A stretch of 64,000 nt of DNA from Cytophagales bacterium (lineage in GTDB: Bacteria > Bacteroidota > Bacteroidia > Cytophagales > Spirosomataceae). The position numbers and the translations under genes were made by a program. The stretch covers positions 28,461-92,460 of the forward strand of contig JANOCD010000057.1 in assembly GCA_031411995.1 (NCBI GenBank), given 5' to 3'. The notes under the pieces are model-generated. The model ran no database searches and was not told the origin of the DNA. It was given only the letters and a program-made list of their open reading frames with translations. Positions 1 through 10,363 of the stretch are shown here, piece by piece (position 1 is the first letter of the stretch; each line of letters starts with the position of its first letter).

Positions 1-858
1 CAGATTGCTGTGGTTCGAACTAAGTGGCTCAATGGCAAACTACAGCAAACCACGTTCCTCGATAAACAGAATCGAGTTCTCGAAGAATTTACCTACGGCT
101 ACTCAAACGAAAAAAGGCTTTTTCGGTACGAAGCCGACCGGAAAGTGTTCAGTGCCTGGTATTATCACAGCGATAGTCACGAGCCGGGTTATGCTTACTT
201 AAATGAGAATCGCTACGAATACGATAAAAGCGGTTTGCGGATTCACGGAAAAAACGCGCATGTAAACTCGTTTGGAATAATCAATTCGTCTGATACAACC
301 GAAACTCCCTATACCTACAAGATACCCTACGATACGCTTGCGAATCAGGCTCCCAAAAGAGAGCTTGATTCCAGCACTATCGCCAATATTGATCGTTGGG
401 AGCGCAGTAAGAACGGAAAAATGGCCCGACATTTTGTGCTTTATGTGATTAAAATGTCAAGGGAACAAATGCTTGATACGGTCTACTATCAGTCTCAACG
501 GTTTGCCCATGATGTCCTTGGCCGCCAAAAGCTGGCCTGGTTCGACATTATGCATCTTGGTCGTTTTTATCAATCTGCTGGTGCTGATACCATTCATTAT
601 CAGTATGATACGAAGAATCGTCTTGTACAGGAATTACATCTGTTTACGACTGACATGAGAAATAAGCGGGAAGTCGATACAACTCACCTGGATAAATCGA
701 CCCGCCAATCCGTCGCCGAAAGCAGAAAGCAATTTTTCGTACCATCTAATTTCCGCTATAACCGCCGGCCACGCATCGACACCGTCACCTACCAGTATGA
801 AACGTTCAACTCCGACAAGCATCTACCCTTGCAGGTGTCGCAAGACGTAGGGCATTGA
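1..858 (+). CDS. Hypothetical protein, 5'-partial, with YD/RHS-like YxYD motifs
   Basis: Frame open from base 1; motifs FTYGY, YEYDKSGLR, YQYDTKNRLVQE, YQYETF; no clear family. Confidence 0.6.
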   Translation, partial: QIAVVRTKWLNGKLQQTTFLDKQNRVLEEFTYGYSNEKRLFRYEADRKVFSAWYYHSDSHEPGYAYLNENRYEYDKSGLRIHGKNAHVNSFGIINSSDTTETPYTYKIPYDTLANQAPKRELDSSTIANIDRWERSKNGKMARHFVLYVIKMSREQMLDTVYYQSQRFAHDVLGRQKLAWFDIMHLGRFYQSAGADTIHYQYDTKNRLVQELHLFTTDMRNKREVDTTHLDKSTRQSVAESRKQFFVPSNFRYNRRPRIDTVTYQYETFNSDKHLPLQVSQDVGH

Positions 859-896
859 TTATAAGGCACCTTCTCAGTTGCCTTTTGCTTTGTTAA

Positions 897-2486
897 TCAT
901 GGCGTTACCACCAGTACCGGGGCTACATGTTCGGGGTCATTGTCGTGGGAGGCTTTTTTGGATCCTCGTTTAGATGGTCGCTTCACCACCACTTCGTATA
1001 AATCCGTCCGGCGGTCTTTCAGGTTCTGAACAGAGCCGTATTCGTGGAGTTCTTTCAGGAGCGACAGGTCAACGTCGGCGAAGAGCACCATTTCGGTATT
1101 GGTGGTGGCTTCGGCTTTGATCGCGTTGTTAGGAAACTGGAAATCGGAAGGCGTAAATACCGCCGATTGCGCGTAGTGAATGTCGGTGTTGGGCACGTTG
1201 GGCAGGTTGCCCACACATCCCGAAATAGCCACATAACACTCGTTTTCGATGGCCCGCGCCTGCGCGCAATTCCGAACCCGGTAGTACCCGTTTTGCGTAT
1301 CGGTAAGGAAGGGGACAAACATGATTTGTGCACCCTGCGCAGACAACATACGGCCCAGTTCGGGAAATTCCACGTCGTAACAGATCATCATACCGATACG
1401 GCCGCAGTCCGTATCGAAAGACCGCACTTCGTAGCCGCCCACCATGCCATAAAACCGCACCTCATTAGGCGTGATATGTACTTTACGGTACTCTTCAAAC
1501 GTTCCGTCGCGCCGACAGAGATAAGCCACATTGTACAATTTTCCGTCGTCAACCAGGGGCATAGATCCTCCCACAATGTTCACGTTGTACGAAATGGCAA
1601 ACTTGATCAGTCGCTCACGTACTTCGTCGGTATATTCAGCCAGTTTACGAATGGCCTGTGCTTCGGGCAAGCCTTTGAACTCGGCCATCAGGGGCATATT
1701 GAAGAACTCCGGCAAGACCAGAAAATCAGCTTTGTAATCACTGACTACATCAACGAAAAACTCCACCTGATCGAAGAATGCTTCAACAGTTGGGAAAAGA
1801 CGCATCTGCCACTGTACCACGCCCAAACGGATAATAGAGTCGGAGTGAGAGCGTCTTTTCTTTGCATCTACATAATAGATGTTGTTCCATTCCAGCAAGG
1901 TAGCAAACTCTTTCGACTCTGTGTCGCCCGGTAAATACCCACGCAACACCTTTTTGACGTGGAAGTCGTTGGAGAGCTGAAAACTCAATGTCGGGTCGTA
2001 TACTTCCTTTTGCTTCACCTTCGCAATAAACTCGCGCGGAGACAGTTCGTCGGCGTAGCGGCTGTAATTCGGAATCCGCCCTCCGGCCATAATGCCTTTG
2101 AGGTTCAGTTGTTCGCAGAGTTCTTTGCGAGCATCGTAAAGCCGCCGGCCAAGCCGAAGATCGCGATAATCAGGATGCACAAACACTTCGATACCATAAA
2201 ACCAGTCACCTTTGGGATTATGCGTATCGAAGGTGTAACCGCCCGTAATTTCTTTGTAAGTGTGGTTATCGCCAAAATCGGCGTATCTCACCCGAATAGC
2301 GAGCGCACAGGCCACCACTTTGTCATCGACTTCTACGCAAAATTGTCCTTCGGGGAAAATTTGCAAGAGTTTGTCGATCAGGTTTTTACTCCAATAATCG
2401 CCACCAATGCCACTGTATGACTCAATCATGGCCTCTTTCAGGTCGGCGTAATCCTCTTTCCGTAAATTTCGGGTATCTATGCGCAT
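897..2486 (-). CDS. Bifunctional GNAT N-acetyltransferase / carbon-nitrogen hydrolase (nitrilase family)
   Basis: N-terminal GNAT (VFVHPDYRDLRLGRRL); C-terminal nitrilase triad E (LPEFF), K (YRKVH), C (ICYDVEFPE). Confidence 0.9.
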   Translation of the reverse strand: MRIDTRNLRKEDYADLKEAMIESYSGIGGDYWSKNLIDKLLQIFPEGQFCVEVDDKVVACALAIRVRYADFGDNHTYKEITGGYTFDTHNPKGDWFYGIEVFVHPDYRDLRLGRRLYDARKELCEQLNLKGIMAGGRIPNYSRYADELSPREFIAKVKQKEVYDPTLSFQLSNDFHVKKVLRGYLPGDTESKEFATLLEWNNIYYVDAKKRRSHSDSIIRLGVVQWQMRLFPTVEAFFDQVEFFVDVVSDYKADFLVLPEFFNMPLMAEFKGLPEAQAIRKLAEYTDEVRERLIKFAISYNVNIVGGSMPLVDDGKLYNVAYLCRRDGTFEEYRKVHITPNEVRFYGMVGGYEVRSFDTDCGRIGMMICYDVEFPELGRMLSAQGAQIMFVPFLTDTQNGYYRVRNCAQARAIENECYVAISGCVGNLPNVPNTDIHYAQSAVFTPSDFQFPNNAIKAEATTNTEMVLFADVDLSLLKELHEYGSVQNLKDRRTDLYEVVVKRPSKRGSKKASHDNDPEHVAPVLVVTP

Positions 2487-2496
2487 AAATAGTCAA

Positions 2497-3603
2497 CTAC
2501 TCCCGCCTTATGGTTGTTCCTTCTGCCACTGTAATAATATAGGCTTTCCCGCCCGCTTGCCGGATAGCTTCGGCCACTGCATCGGTATTGGTTGGGGCGT
2601 AAGCAAACATACACCCTCCCCCACCCGACCCGTTGATTTTACCACCCAGAGCTCCCGCTTGCAACGCGGCATCGATCATCCGGTCGATTTTGGGAGTCGA
2701 TACGCGCTTGGCTTCCCGAAGACTAGTTTGGTGAGTTGTGAGCAGTTGACCCAGCAAATAGTGGTCGATGGTGCCGCTTCGGAACATGGTCAGGGCTTGC
2801 CGGAGCATATCGCGGTCAGAGAGGTTACCTTTTACGAGAGCTAATTCGTCGGGGGTGAGCAGGTGTGCGTAGTCCGTTACGGCTTCGGCGGGCATAGCTT
2901 CAAACGCAAACGCCGGATCATACGCCTGCATCTTCGCCATGGCATCGAGCATGCCATATTTCACGTGCCGCAACACACCGATGGTATCCTTCGGCTCGCC
3001 CGAATCTCCTAGTACAAAGGCACCCAAGCCCGAATCAGCTCCCGAAAACGGGAATGATTCCACACGAATCGCGGGGGTTGATTCCAGATAAATGATGCCA
3101 CCAATAGCCGTGGAATAGTGATCCATCATGCCGCCCGGTTCACCAAACTCAAGAACCTCAGCCACATAACCAAACTCAGCCAACTGCGCGGGCGAATACG
3201 TTTGCGGCTCATCGGCCAACTGACTCAGGAGGTTCAACCACGTAACAAGCAGGGCCGACGAACTCGACGTACCGGCATTGATCGGAATGTTTCCCCAAAC
3301 GCGCCCCTCAATGTCCGCCGAAAACCGAAGCCCATCGCGGTGCAGCACGTTCATCGCCGACCGGAAATAGTCGCGTTTGTTGGTATAAGGAAGGGGAAAC
3401 TGGGGGATCGTAAAGCGTTTTTCGCTGTTAACATCGGGCAGCGACAAGCGGATTTCAGACGGGGCATCACCCGAATCAATTCGGCCTGCTTCAATGTTCA
3501 TCCGGCGCGAAATGGCGGCTGCAATCACAGGAAGGCCGAGGTAGTCCTGGTGTTCACCGAAGAGGCAAATTCGGCCGGGCGTTGAGGCAAAGGTGTTCGT
3601 CAT
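2497..3603 (-). CDS. GHMP-family sugar kinase (galactokinase-like)
   Basis: GRICLFGEHQDY, PINAGTSSSSA, GMMD, GSGGGGC motifs; start trimmed to MTNTF at 3603. Confidence 0.85.
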   Translation of the reverse strand: MTNTFASTPGRICLFGEHQDYLGLPVIAAAISRRMNIEAGRIDSGDAPSEIRLSLPDVNSEKRFTIPQFPLPYTNKRDYFRSAMNVLHRDGLRFSADIEGRVWGNIPINAGTSSSSALLVTWLNLLSQLADEPQTYSPAQLAEFGYVAEVLEFGEPGGMMDHYSTAIGGIIYLESTPAIRVESFPFSGADSGLGAFVLGDSGEPKDTIGVLRHVKYGMLDAMAKMQAYDPAFAFEAMPAEAVTDYAHLLTPDELALVKGNLSDRDMLRQALTMFRSGTIDHYLLGQLLTTHQTSLREAKRVSTPKIDRMIDAALQAGALGGKINGSGGGGCMFAYAPTNTDAVAEAIRQAGGKAYIITVAEGTTIRRE

Positions 3604-3635
3604 CCTCTTCTGGTTGTATAGCAGATTGTCGGGCG

Positions 3636-4880
3636 TTAAATGTCTTTGTAGGCATGATCGGCTTTTACATCTGCGCCCGACCATAGTTGTCTGGAGGTCC
3701 AGTCTTGCGCCGGACTGCTCCAGAATTCAGCCGCTATGGGCAGGCCCAAGGGCAGGAAAGCCACCGTGCATAGGTACAGACTACCCGTGGAAATATAGCT
3801 TTCGCCAATTCCGGGCTGATGCCCACACAGTCCGATTTGTAGCCAGCCGTTCGCGTCGAACGTGCCGGGGGCATCCATCGTTCGCCGGACCACGGCGGTG
3901 AGTGCCGCCCGCACCTGTCCGGCTCTTAGTTCGGGAGGGAGTTGTTGCTGTAACGCCATCTGACCCAACAGTTGAAACGCCCCGCATCGGTATGCCAGTG
4001 ACCGCCCGAACGCAGCGAATGACCCGTCGGGGTTAATCAGACGTTCCTGTACAGCAGCGTATCGCCTGGCACGAGCCACAATATAGGCGGTCACGGCCTT
4101 GTCCTCTTTGCCTGCTTCGGACAGCGTCCGGGCAATGTCGAGCAACATGGGCTGAATCACAAAACTGTTGTAATAGTCCCAGTGGAAATCCGGCCCGTCC
4201 CCATAGGCCCCGTCGCCTTTGTACCACGCCTGATGTTGCCGCAGCGCGTAGTCAATACGCATTGCATCGGCCTCACCCGTAAACCGGAGCAAAGCCGCTT
4301 CGATGATAGCACTGAACAACAGCCAGTTATTAAATCCAGGTTTGATAACGCGGGTAGCCTTGAATGCCTGTATTACCTGCTCTTTTGCCGATGTTGGTAG
4401 TTTGTCCCAGAGCTGCGTGGGTGCCCGCAGCAGGGCGTGGGCCAGGAAAGCCGCATCAACCACGGGTTGCCCACCCTGCGTGAAGTTCATATAATCGGGC
4501 GAAGCCAGGTCCACTGCATTCACCAGTGCAGCGCGGGACAGTTCGCGGTAGCGCGATTGCTGCATCTGTTCGGCAGCATCAGCAGGGTGTTCGAGCCAGG
4601 GAGCCAAACCCGCCAGCGAGCGTCCCAAGGCTTCTAAATGAGTTACTTTTCGGCGACTTTCCTGTTGCTTCGGAGCCGATTCTACGGGCATTCGAAGCCG
4701 CAACTCCTTTTTGTTTAAAGCCAGCAGAACCGGGTCCACGATCTTTAGCAGCGTCTGTAGCCAATAAGTGCGATCGTTGTCAGGTGGCAGCAATAGGGCG
4801 TTGTCCGTAGTTGGTAAAGCATAGGCATTGGAAAGCAGCAGCGGAGCAGATAACAACTGGGTAAAATGACGACGTTGCAT
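3636..4880 (-). CDS. DUF2264 domain protein, Tat-like signal
   Basis: LEALGRSLAGLAPWL, NNWLLF, YGDG, GRSLAYR, YISTGSLY motifs; MQRRHF N-terminus. Confidence 0.85.
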   Translation of the reverse strand: MQRRHFTQLLSAPLLLSNAYALPTTDNALLLPPDNDRTYWLQTLLKIVDPVLLALNKKELRLRMPVESAPKQQESRRKVTHLEALGRSLAGLAPWLEHPADAAEQMQQSRYRELSRAALVNAVDLASPDYMNFTQGGQPVVDAAFLAHALLRAPTQLWDKLPTSAKEQVIQAFKATRVIKPGFNNWLLFSAIIEAALLRFTGEADAMRIDYALRQHQAWYKGDGAYGDGPDFHWDYYNSFVIQPMLLDIARTLSEAGKEDKAVTAYIVARARRYAAVQERLINPDGSFAAFGRSLAYRCGAFQLLGQMALQQQLPPELRAGQVRAALTAVVRRTMDAPGTFDANGWLQIGLCGHQPGIGESYISTGSLYLCTVAFLPLGLPIAAEFWSSPAQDWTSRQLWSGADVKADHAYKDI

Positions 4881-4887
4881 GACGTTA

Positions 4888-5904
4888 TTATAATTTTAGT
4901 TGCGTTTCCAGTTCGTCCAGATGATCGTCGGTGAAATCGAGGTGGGTTACGAACCGTACTAAATGCTTGCCGAACGTGACGGCCCGGATGCCTTTTTCGG
5001 CTAATTGCGCCACATAATCAACGGCCAGAATGGTATCGGGGAGCCTGAAAATCACGATGTTTGTGTCGATGGGATAAATCTCCTGTACTTCGGGCCGGGT
5101 GGCCAGCATGGCCCCAATTTTGCGGGCGCGGGCGTGGTCAAGCTTCAGGCGGTTCACGTGGTGGTCGAGGGCGAAGATGCCCGCTGCGGCCAGGAACCCG
5201 GCCTGCCGCCAGCCCCCCCCCATCAGTTTCCGGTATCGGCGGGCCTGGGCAATGAAATCCCGCTTGCCCAACAACAGCGACCCCACCGGGCATCCCAATC
5301 CCTTCGACAAGCAAATGCTGATCGAGTCGAACAGTTGGCCGTGGGCTTCGGTGCTTTCACCGGTTTCGATCAGGGCATTGAACAGCCGCGCTCCGTCGAG
5401 GTGCAGGGGTAGGTTTTGTTCGGTGCAAAGTTGCCGGATGGCGGCAATTTCGGGCAGGGTATAATAGCAACCTCCGCCCTTGTTCATCGTGTTCTCAAGG
5501 CTCACCAGGCGCGACAAAGGCCGATGCGGATCGGCGGGATTATTGATGGCATCCCGAATGAGGGCGGGCGTGAGTTTGCCCCGTTCGCCCGGCAACAGGG
5601 CCACCGATACGCCCGAATTGGCCATAATCCCCCCGCCTTCATACAGATAAATATGCGAGAGTTGGTCGCAAATCACTTCGTCGCCGGGGCGGGTGTGGGT
5701 TCTGATCGCCAGTTGGTTGGTCAACGTGCCGCTGGCACAAAACAGGGCGGCTTCCATGCCAAACAGTTGGGCGGTTTTGGCTTCCAAGGCATTCACGGTC
5801 GGGTCGTCACCGAACACATCGTCGCCCAATGGGGCCGAAAACATAGCCTCGCGCATGGCGGGCGTGGGTTGTGTAACGGTATCGCTACGAAGGTCTATTG
5901 TCAT
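4888..5904 (-). CDS. ltaE: Low-specificity L-threonine aldolase
   Basis: IDLRSDTVT, GDDVFGDDPT, SGTLTN, HLDGARLFNA, CLSKGLG (PLP lysine); start trimmed to MTIDL at 5904. Confidence 0.92.
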   Translation of the reverse strand: MTIDLRSDTVTQPTPAMREAMFSAPLGDDVFGDDPTVNALEAKTAQLFGMEAALFCASGTLTNQLAIRTHTRPGDEVICDQLSHIYLYEGGGIMANSGVSVALLPGERGKLTPALIRDAINNPADPHRPLSRLVSLENTMNKGGGCYYTLPEIAAIRQLCTEQNLPLHLDGARLFNALIETGESTEAHGQLFDSISICLSKGLGCPVGSLLLGKRDFIAQARRYRKLMGGGWRQAGFLAAAGIFALDHHVNRLKLDHARARKIGAMLATRPEVQEIYPIDTNIVIFRLPDTILAVDYVAQLAEKGIRAVTFGKHLVRFVTHLDFTDDHLDELETQLKL

Positions 5905-5917
5905 AAAGTGGCCAAAT

Positions 5918-7216
5918 TTACACCAAATCCCAACCCTTTCGATACTCCCGACTGAGCATGGCGTTGGCCTTCGAATTATGCCGGAATTTTTCTTTACGGG
6001 CGTTCCATTCCAGCGGTTCGCCGAGTCGCCAGGCAATAAGGCCGAGGTGCATGGGCATAGTCATTTGTCGAGCGTAGGCCAGATTAGACTCTGGTTGCGT
6101 TCGCGATTTCACGGCGTTCACAAAGTTTTGCTGGTGGCCGGGCGAGCGTTCGAGCGTGATCGGAATTTCGGCCACATCGGTCATCGTCACGCCGTTGATG
6201 GTAATTTCTCGCGAGTTATAATCGCAAAGCAATGTCCCTTTGTCACCCTCAAAATAGGCTCCAATACCCCTTTTTTCGGCCCCCGGCACATTGGGCGGGG
6301 TACTTGTCCAGTGAAGTTTCAAGTTGTCGAATTCATAGTCAATATCAATCCAGTTGGGGGCATCGCCAATGCCTTCGGGCAGGCCGCCTTTGGCCCGGAT
6401 GCTTCGCAAGCCCGTGGGGTTGATGGCCCACCAGACCACATCGGCAATGTGACACCAGAAATCCTGGAACACCCCGCCGGAGTAATCCAGAAAATAGCGA
6501 TACGTGAAATGGCACCGCTCCGGTGTGTAGAGCGATACGGGCGCCGGTCCCTGCCACATGTCCCAATTCAGCGTGCTGGGTGGAGTTTGGTAGTTGGCGG
6601 GGCCGAGAACCGGCGGATTCCCGGTTTTCCAGAGCCGCACGGTATGCACATTCCCAATGGCCCCCGCCTTGATGATCTCGACTACCCGGTGGTAGTTGTC
6701 GCCCGCATGGATTTGGGTACCAAGCTGAAAAATCCGGTCATACCGTTTCTGTGCTTTGAGCATTTGTTGCCCTTCGCGCACGCTGTACGACAGTGGTTTT
6801 TCGCCGTACACATCTTTCCCAGCCTGAAACGCCATGATCGCGATTTGGGCGTGCCAATGGTCGGGGGTGGCGCAGGTGATCGCGTCGATGTCCTTACGGT
6901 CGAGGAGGTAGCGGAAATCGGCATAGGTTTTAACGGCGTCGGCGGGTCGGTTGGCATACGGCTCGTGCTTTTTGAGCGTGTCTAATGCTTTGGCCAAATG
7001 CGTTTCTTCCACATCGCAGAGGCCCACAATATCCACTTCGGGGAGTTTGGCGAACCAGTTGAGGTGGTTGGTGCCCATGCCGTTTACGCCGATGTGGGCT
7101 ACCCGCAATTTATCGGATGGTGCCACGCGCCGTTTCAGGCTTGGGAAAACGGCAAGGCTCAAGGCAGCCGCGCTGCTTTGCTGGAGAAATTGTCGGCGAT
7201 TGAGAAGGGATTGCAT
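5918..7216 (-). CDS. Gfo/Idh/MocA oxidoreductase with Tat signal
   Basis: NRRQFL twin-arginine, IGVNGMG, ATPDHWH, GKDVYGEKP; start trimmed to MQSLL at 7216. Confidence 0.9.
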   Translation of the reverse strand: MQSLLNRRQFLQQSSAAALSLAVFPSLKRRVAPSDKLRVAHIGVNGMGTNHLNWFAKLPEVDIVGLCDVEETHLAKALDTLKKHEPYANRPADAVKTYADFRYLLDRKDIDAITCATPDHWHAQIAIMAFQAGKDVYGEKPLSYSVREGQQMLKAQKRYDRIFQLGTQIHAGDNYHRVVEIIKAGAIGNVHTVRLWKTGNPPVLGPANYQTPPSTLNWDMWQGPAPVSLYTPERCHFTYRYFLDYSGGVFQDFWCHIADVVWWAINPTGLRSIRAKGGLPEGIGDAPNWIDIDYEFDNLKLHWTSTPPNVPGAEKRGIGAYFEGDKGTLLCDYNSREITINGVTMTDVAEIPITLERSPGHQQNFVNAVKSRTQPESNLAYARQMTMPMHLGLIAWRLGEPLEWNARKEKFRHNSKANAMLSREYRKGWDLV

Positions 7217-7361
7217 GGGTGTTGTCCGGTTTAGGATTTCTACGACTAAGGTGATGATAATACTGCATTTATCCAATTTCAGGAGCCGTTCCCTAAGCCG
7301 ATTCTTTGCTTGCTGACATTTTCAATAGCTTGGAACCAAGCATCTGATAAACAAATCCAAC

Positions 7362-8765
7362 ATGAAACCAATACTCTACTTTTCCCTGCTTCTTTGCACC
7401 CTCCTTGTCCGGCCCGCGTTTGCCCAAATTGGCATGGGTGGCCAACCTCACTCCTCGGCAGTGCTCGACCTCAAAGCCACCGATAAAGCCCTGTACCTAC
7501 CCCGAATGACAACGGCCCAACGGAAGGCAATGCCCAGTCCGCAGGTTGGGGCCTTTGTCTTCGACCTCGACCAGAATGCCCTGTATATCTTCGACGGACA
7601 AACCTGGCTACCGTTGGCTACGCAAAACCCAACGAGCGTTATGCCCGTTAGCCGCTTTGCCTCCGACGGAGCTTATGCCGATCAGTTTGGCATCAGCGTG
7701 GCCATTCTGGGCGATTATGCCCTCGTTGGGGCTTCTAACCATGATGTTGGGGGCAACAACGATCAGGGGGCTGTGTATGTATTTGCGCGGACTGGGAATA
7801 GCTGGACGGAATTAACCACACTGACGGCCAGCGACGGGCTGGCTGACGACAATTTTGGCAGCAGTGTGGCCCTCTCTGGCGATTATGCCCTGATTGGTGC
7901 ACAGGGCGATGATGTTGGGGCCGATGTCAATCAGGGGTCAGCTTATGTATTCCTGCGGTCGGGCAATACCTGGACCCAACAGGATAAGCTCCTTGCCGCA
8001 GGCGGAATGCCGAATGACCGTTTTGGAACCAGTGTTTCAATCTCCGGCGATTATGCCCTGATTGGGATGCCCAACGACAATCTGAATGCCAATACCTTTC
8101 AAGGTTCAGCCTATGTGTTTTTACGGTCGGGAGTTACCTGGACGCAACAGGCCAAACTCATCGCCAACGATGGAGCAACCAACGACTTTTTTGGCAACAG
8201 CGTCTCACTCTCCGGCAGTTATGCGCTTATTGGCTCTCCCGGAGATGACGTGGGCGCTAATGCCAATCAGGGATCGGCCTATGTGTTCCTGCGGTCGGGC
8301 GTTACCTGGACGCAACAAGCCAAACCCCTCGCTACCGATGGAGCGGCTGGTGATGGTTTTGGGAACAGCGTTTCGATTTCGGGTAGTTACGCCCTGATCG
8401 GCGCGCCCCGCGTGGATGGCAACAACGCCAATCAGGGTGCCGCCTACTTCTTTATACGGTCGGGAGCAAGCTGGACGCAACAGGACAAAATCACGGGCAG
8501 TAATGTTGCGGCTAACCATAATTTTGGCAGTAGTGTCGCTCTTGTCGGCGATTATGCCATTGTGGGTGCGCCCGGCGATGGGTCCGCTTATCTGTTTCGG
8601 CGAAATGGCACCTTCTTGGCGCAGCAACGGTATATTACCGACAACTCATATGCTGGTTCGTCGAATGGATATGCCGTAGGGATTTCCAGCAGTTCATTTA
8701 TTATTGGTGGATACGGTTTTCAACAGAACCAGGGCAAAGTCTCGTTTGGGCTAATCGAATACTGA
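7362..8765 (+). CDS. Secreted FG-GAP repeat beta-propeller protein, paralog 1
   Basis: Signal peptide, AQIGMGGQPHSSAVLDL...PRMT head, six DxFGxSVAxSGDYAxxGA...QGSAYVF repeats plus a degenerate seventh. Confidence 0.88.
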   Translation: MKPILYFSLLLCTLLVRPAFAQIGMGGQPHSSAVLDLKATDKALYLPRMTTAQRKAMPSPQVGAFVFDLDQNALYIFDGQTWLPLATQNPTSVMPVSRFASDGAYADQFGISVAILGDYALVGASNHDVGGNNDQGAVYVFARTGNSWTELTTLTASDGLADDNFGSSVALSGDYALIGAQGDDVGADVNQGSAYVFLRSGNTWTQQDKLLAAGGMPNDRFGTSVSISGDYALIGMPNDNLNANTFQGSAYVFLRSGVTWTQQAKLIANDGATNDFFGNSVSLSGSYALIGSPGDDVGANANQGSAYVFLRSGVTWTQQAKPLATDGAAGDGFGNSVSISGSYALIGAPRVDGNNANQGAAYFFIRSGASWTQQDKITGSNVAANHNFGSSVALVGDYAIVGAPGDGSAYLFRRNGTFLAQQRYITDNSYAGSSNGYAVGISSSSFIIGGYGFQQNQGKVSFGLIEY

Positions 8766-8869
8766 CAAATCAGATCCGCATCCGTTGCAGGAGGTATATA
8801 TCACCCAAGAGCCTGAAAGAAGGTTACCTTAACGTTTACGAAACAAGTCAGCCACGTTATTCACTATTT

Positions 8870-8905
8870 CGATAGGTTTGTCATATTCTCATGACAAACC
8901 TATCG
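8870..8905. repeat. Perfect 15-bp inverted repeat upstream of FG-GAP paralog 2
   Basis: cgataggtttgtcat-attctc-atgacaaacctatcg, ends 4 nt before the ATG at 8910. Confidence 0.85.
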
Positions 8906-8909
8906 CTTT

Positions 8910-10337
8910 ATGAACTATACCCTTTATCTCCTGCTTCTTTGCGTTCTGCTTGCCCGGCCCACGTTTGCCCAGATTGGCATGGGCGGTCAGCCCCACTCCT
9001 CAGCAGTGCTTGACCTCAAAAGCCCTGCCAACGACAAAGCCCTCTACCCGCCCCGCCTAACCTCTGCCCAGCGGAAGTCCATTGTGAATCCCCAACCCGG
9101 CGCGTTTGTCTATGACCTCGACAAAGGCACGTTTTATATGTTCGATGGACAAAATTGGTCGCCTTTGGCTTTCACCTCGGCTAACAACCTTGCTCCCATT
9201 GACCGCTTCGCCAGCGACGGGCAAACTGGCGATAGCTTTGGCTACAGCGTGGCCATTTCGGGGGATTACGCACTAATAGGCGCCTTCGCCGATTATGTTG
9301 GCGTCAATTTCGATCAAGGCTCTGCCTATGTGTTTGTACGGAGTGGAAACACATGGACTCAACAGGCCAAACTTACGGCCAGCGACGGAGCGACAAGTGA
9401 TCGTTTTGGTCTTAGCGTAGCCATATCAGGTGATTACGCCCTGGTAGGGGCCTACTTAGACGACATGGCCGTCAATCAAGGCTCCGCCTATGTGTTTATG
9501 CGGTCTGGCACTACCTGGACCCAACAGGCCAAACTCACCGCCAGCGACGGAACCACGTCCGACTTTTTTGGCATTAGCGTAGCCCTGTCGGGGGATTACG
9601 CACTGGTAGGAGCATTTCGGGATGACATCGGGGCCAATAACGATCAAGGGTCGGCTTATGTTTTTATGCGGAGTGGAAACACATGGACTCAACAGGCTAA
9701 ACTTATTGCCAGCGATGGAGCATCTGGTGAGACGTTTGGCCAGAGTGTAGCTATTTCAGGAGATTATGCAGTAGTGGGCGCTTCATTAGATGCCATTGGA
9801 GGGAATGCCGGTCAAGGGTCGGCCTATGTGTTTGTGCGGGGTGGGGGCACCTGGACTCAGCAGACCAAACTTATCGCCAGCGACGGGGCGGCAAATGATA
9901 ACTTTGGCTATAGCGTGGCCATTTCGGGGGATTACGCCCTGGTAGGGGCTTTTCAGGATGATATTGGGGTCAATAGCGATCAAGGCTCCGCCTATGTGTT
10001 TGTGCGGTCTGGGGCTGTCTGGAGCCAACAAGCCAAACTCACCGCCAGTGATGGAGCGTCTGCTGATGAGTTTGGCATTAGTGTGTCCTTGTCAGGGGAT
10101 TACGCAGTAGCGGGGGCTTACAAAGACAACATTGGGGCGAATGGCGATCAAGGATCTGTCTATCTGTTCCGGCGCACGGGCAGTACCTGGCCATTGGTGC
10201 GGAACATTACTGACAACTCCCCGGCAGGCACCCAAAACGGGACTGGCGTAGGGATTTCCAACGGGTCGTTTATTATTGGGGGATCAGGCTTTGAGTCTGA
10301 AAAAGGCAAGGTCTCGTTTGGCACGGTGGAGAATTAA
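8910..10337 (+). CDS. Secreted FG-GAP repeat beta-propeller protein, paralog 2
   Basis: Same architecture as 7362..8765. Confidence 0.88.
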   Translation: MNYTLYLLLLCVLLARPTFAQIGMGGQPHSSAVLDLKSPANDKALYPPRLTSAQRKSIVNPQPGAFVYDLDKGTFYMFDGQNWSPLAFTSANNLAPIDRFASDGQTGDSFGYSVAISGDYALIGAFADYVGVNFDQGSAYVFVRSGNTWTQQAKLTASDGATSDRFGLSVAISGDYALVGAYLDDMAVNQGSAYVFMRSGTTWTQQAKLTASDGTTSDFFGISVALSGDYALVGAFRDDIGANNDQGSAYVFMRSGNTWTQQAKLIASDGASGETFGQSVAISGDYAVVGASLDAIGGNAGQGSAYVFVRGGGTWTQQTKLIASDGAANDNFGYSVAISGDYALVGAFQDDIGVNSDQGSAYVFVRSGAVWSQQAKLTASDGASADEFGISVSLSGDYAVAGAYKDNIGANGDQGSVYLFRRTGSTWPLVRNITDNSPAGTQNGTGVGISNGSFIIGGSGFESEKGKVSFGTVEN

Positions 10338-10363
10338 AGCAACAACAATTAGACACAATAGCC

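Noticed and set aside
5693-6985. 430-aa plus-strand ORF and many other long antisense ORFs (1044..1934, 10619..11491, 32815..33570)
   Set aside because: Shadow frames opposite well-supported genes, with no recognisable motifs
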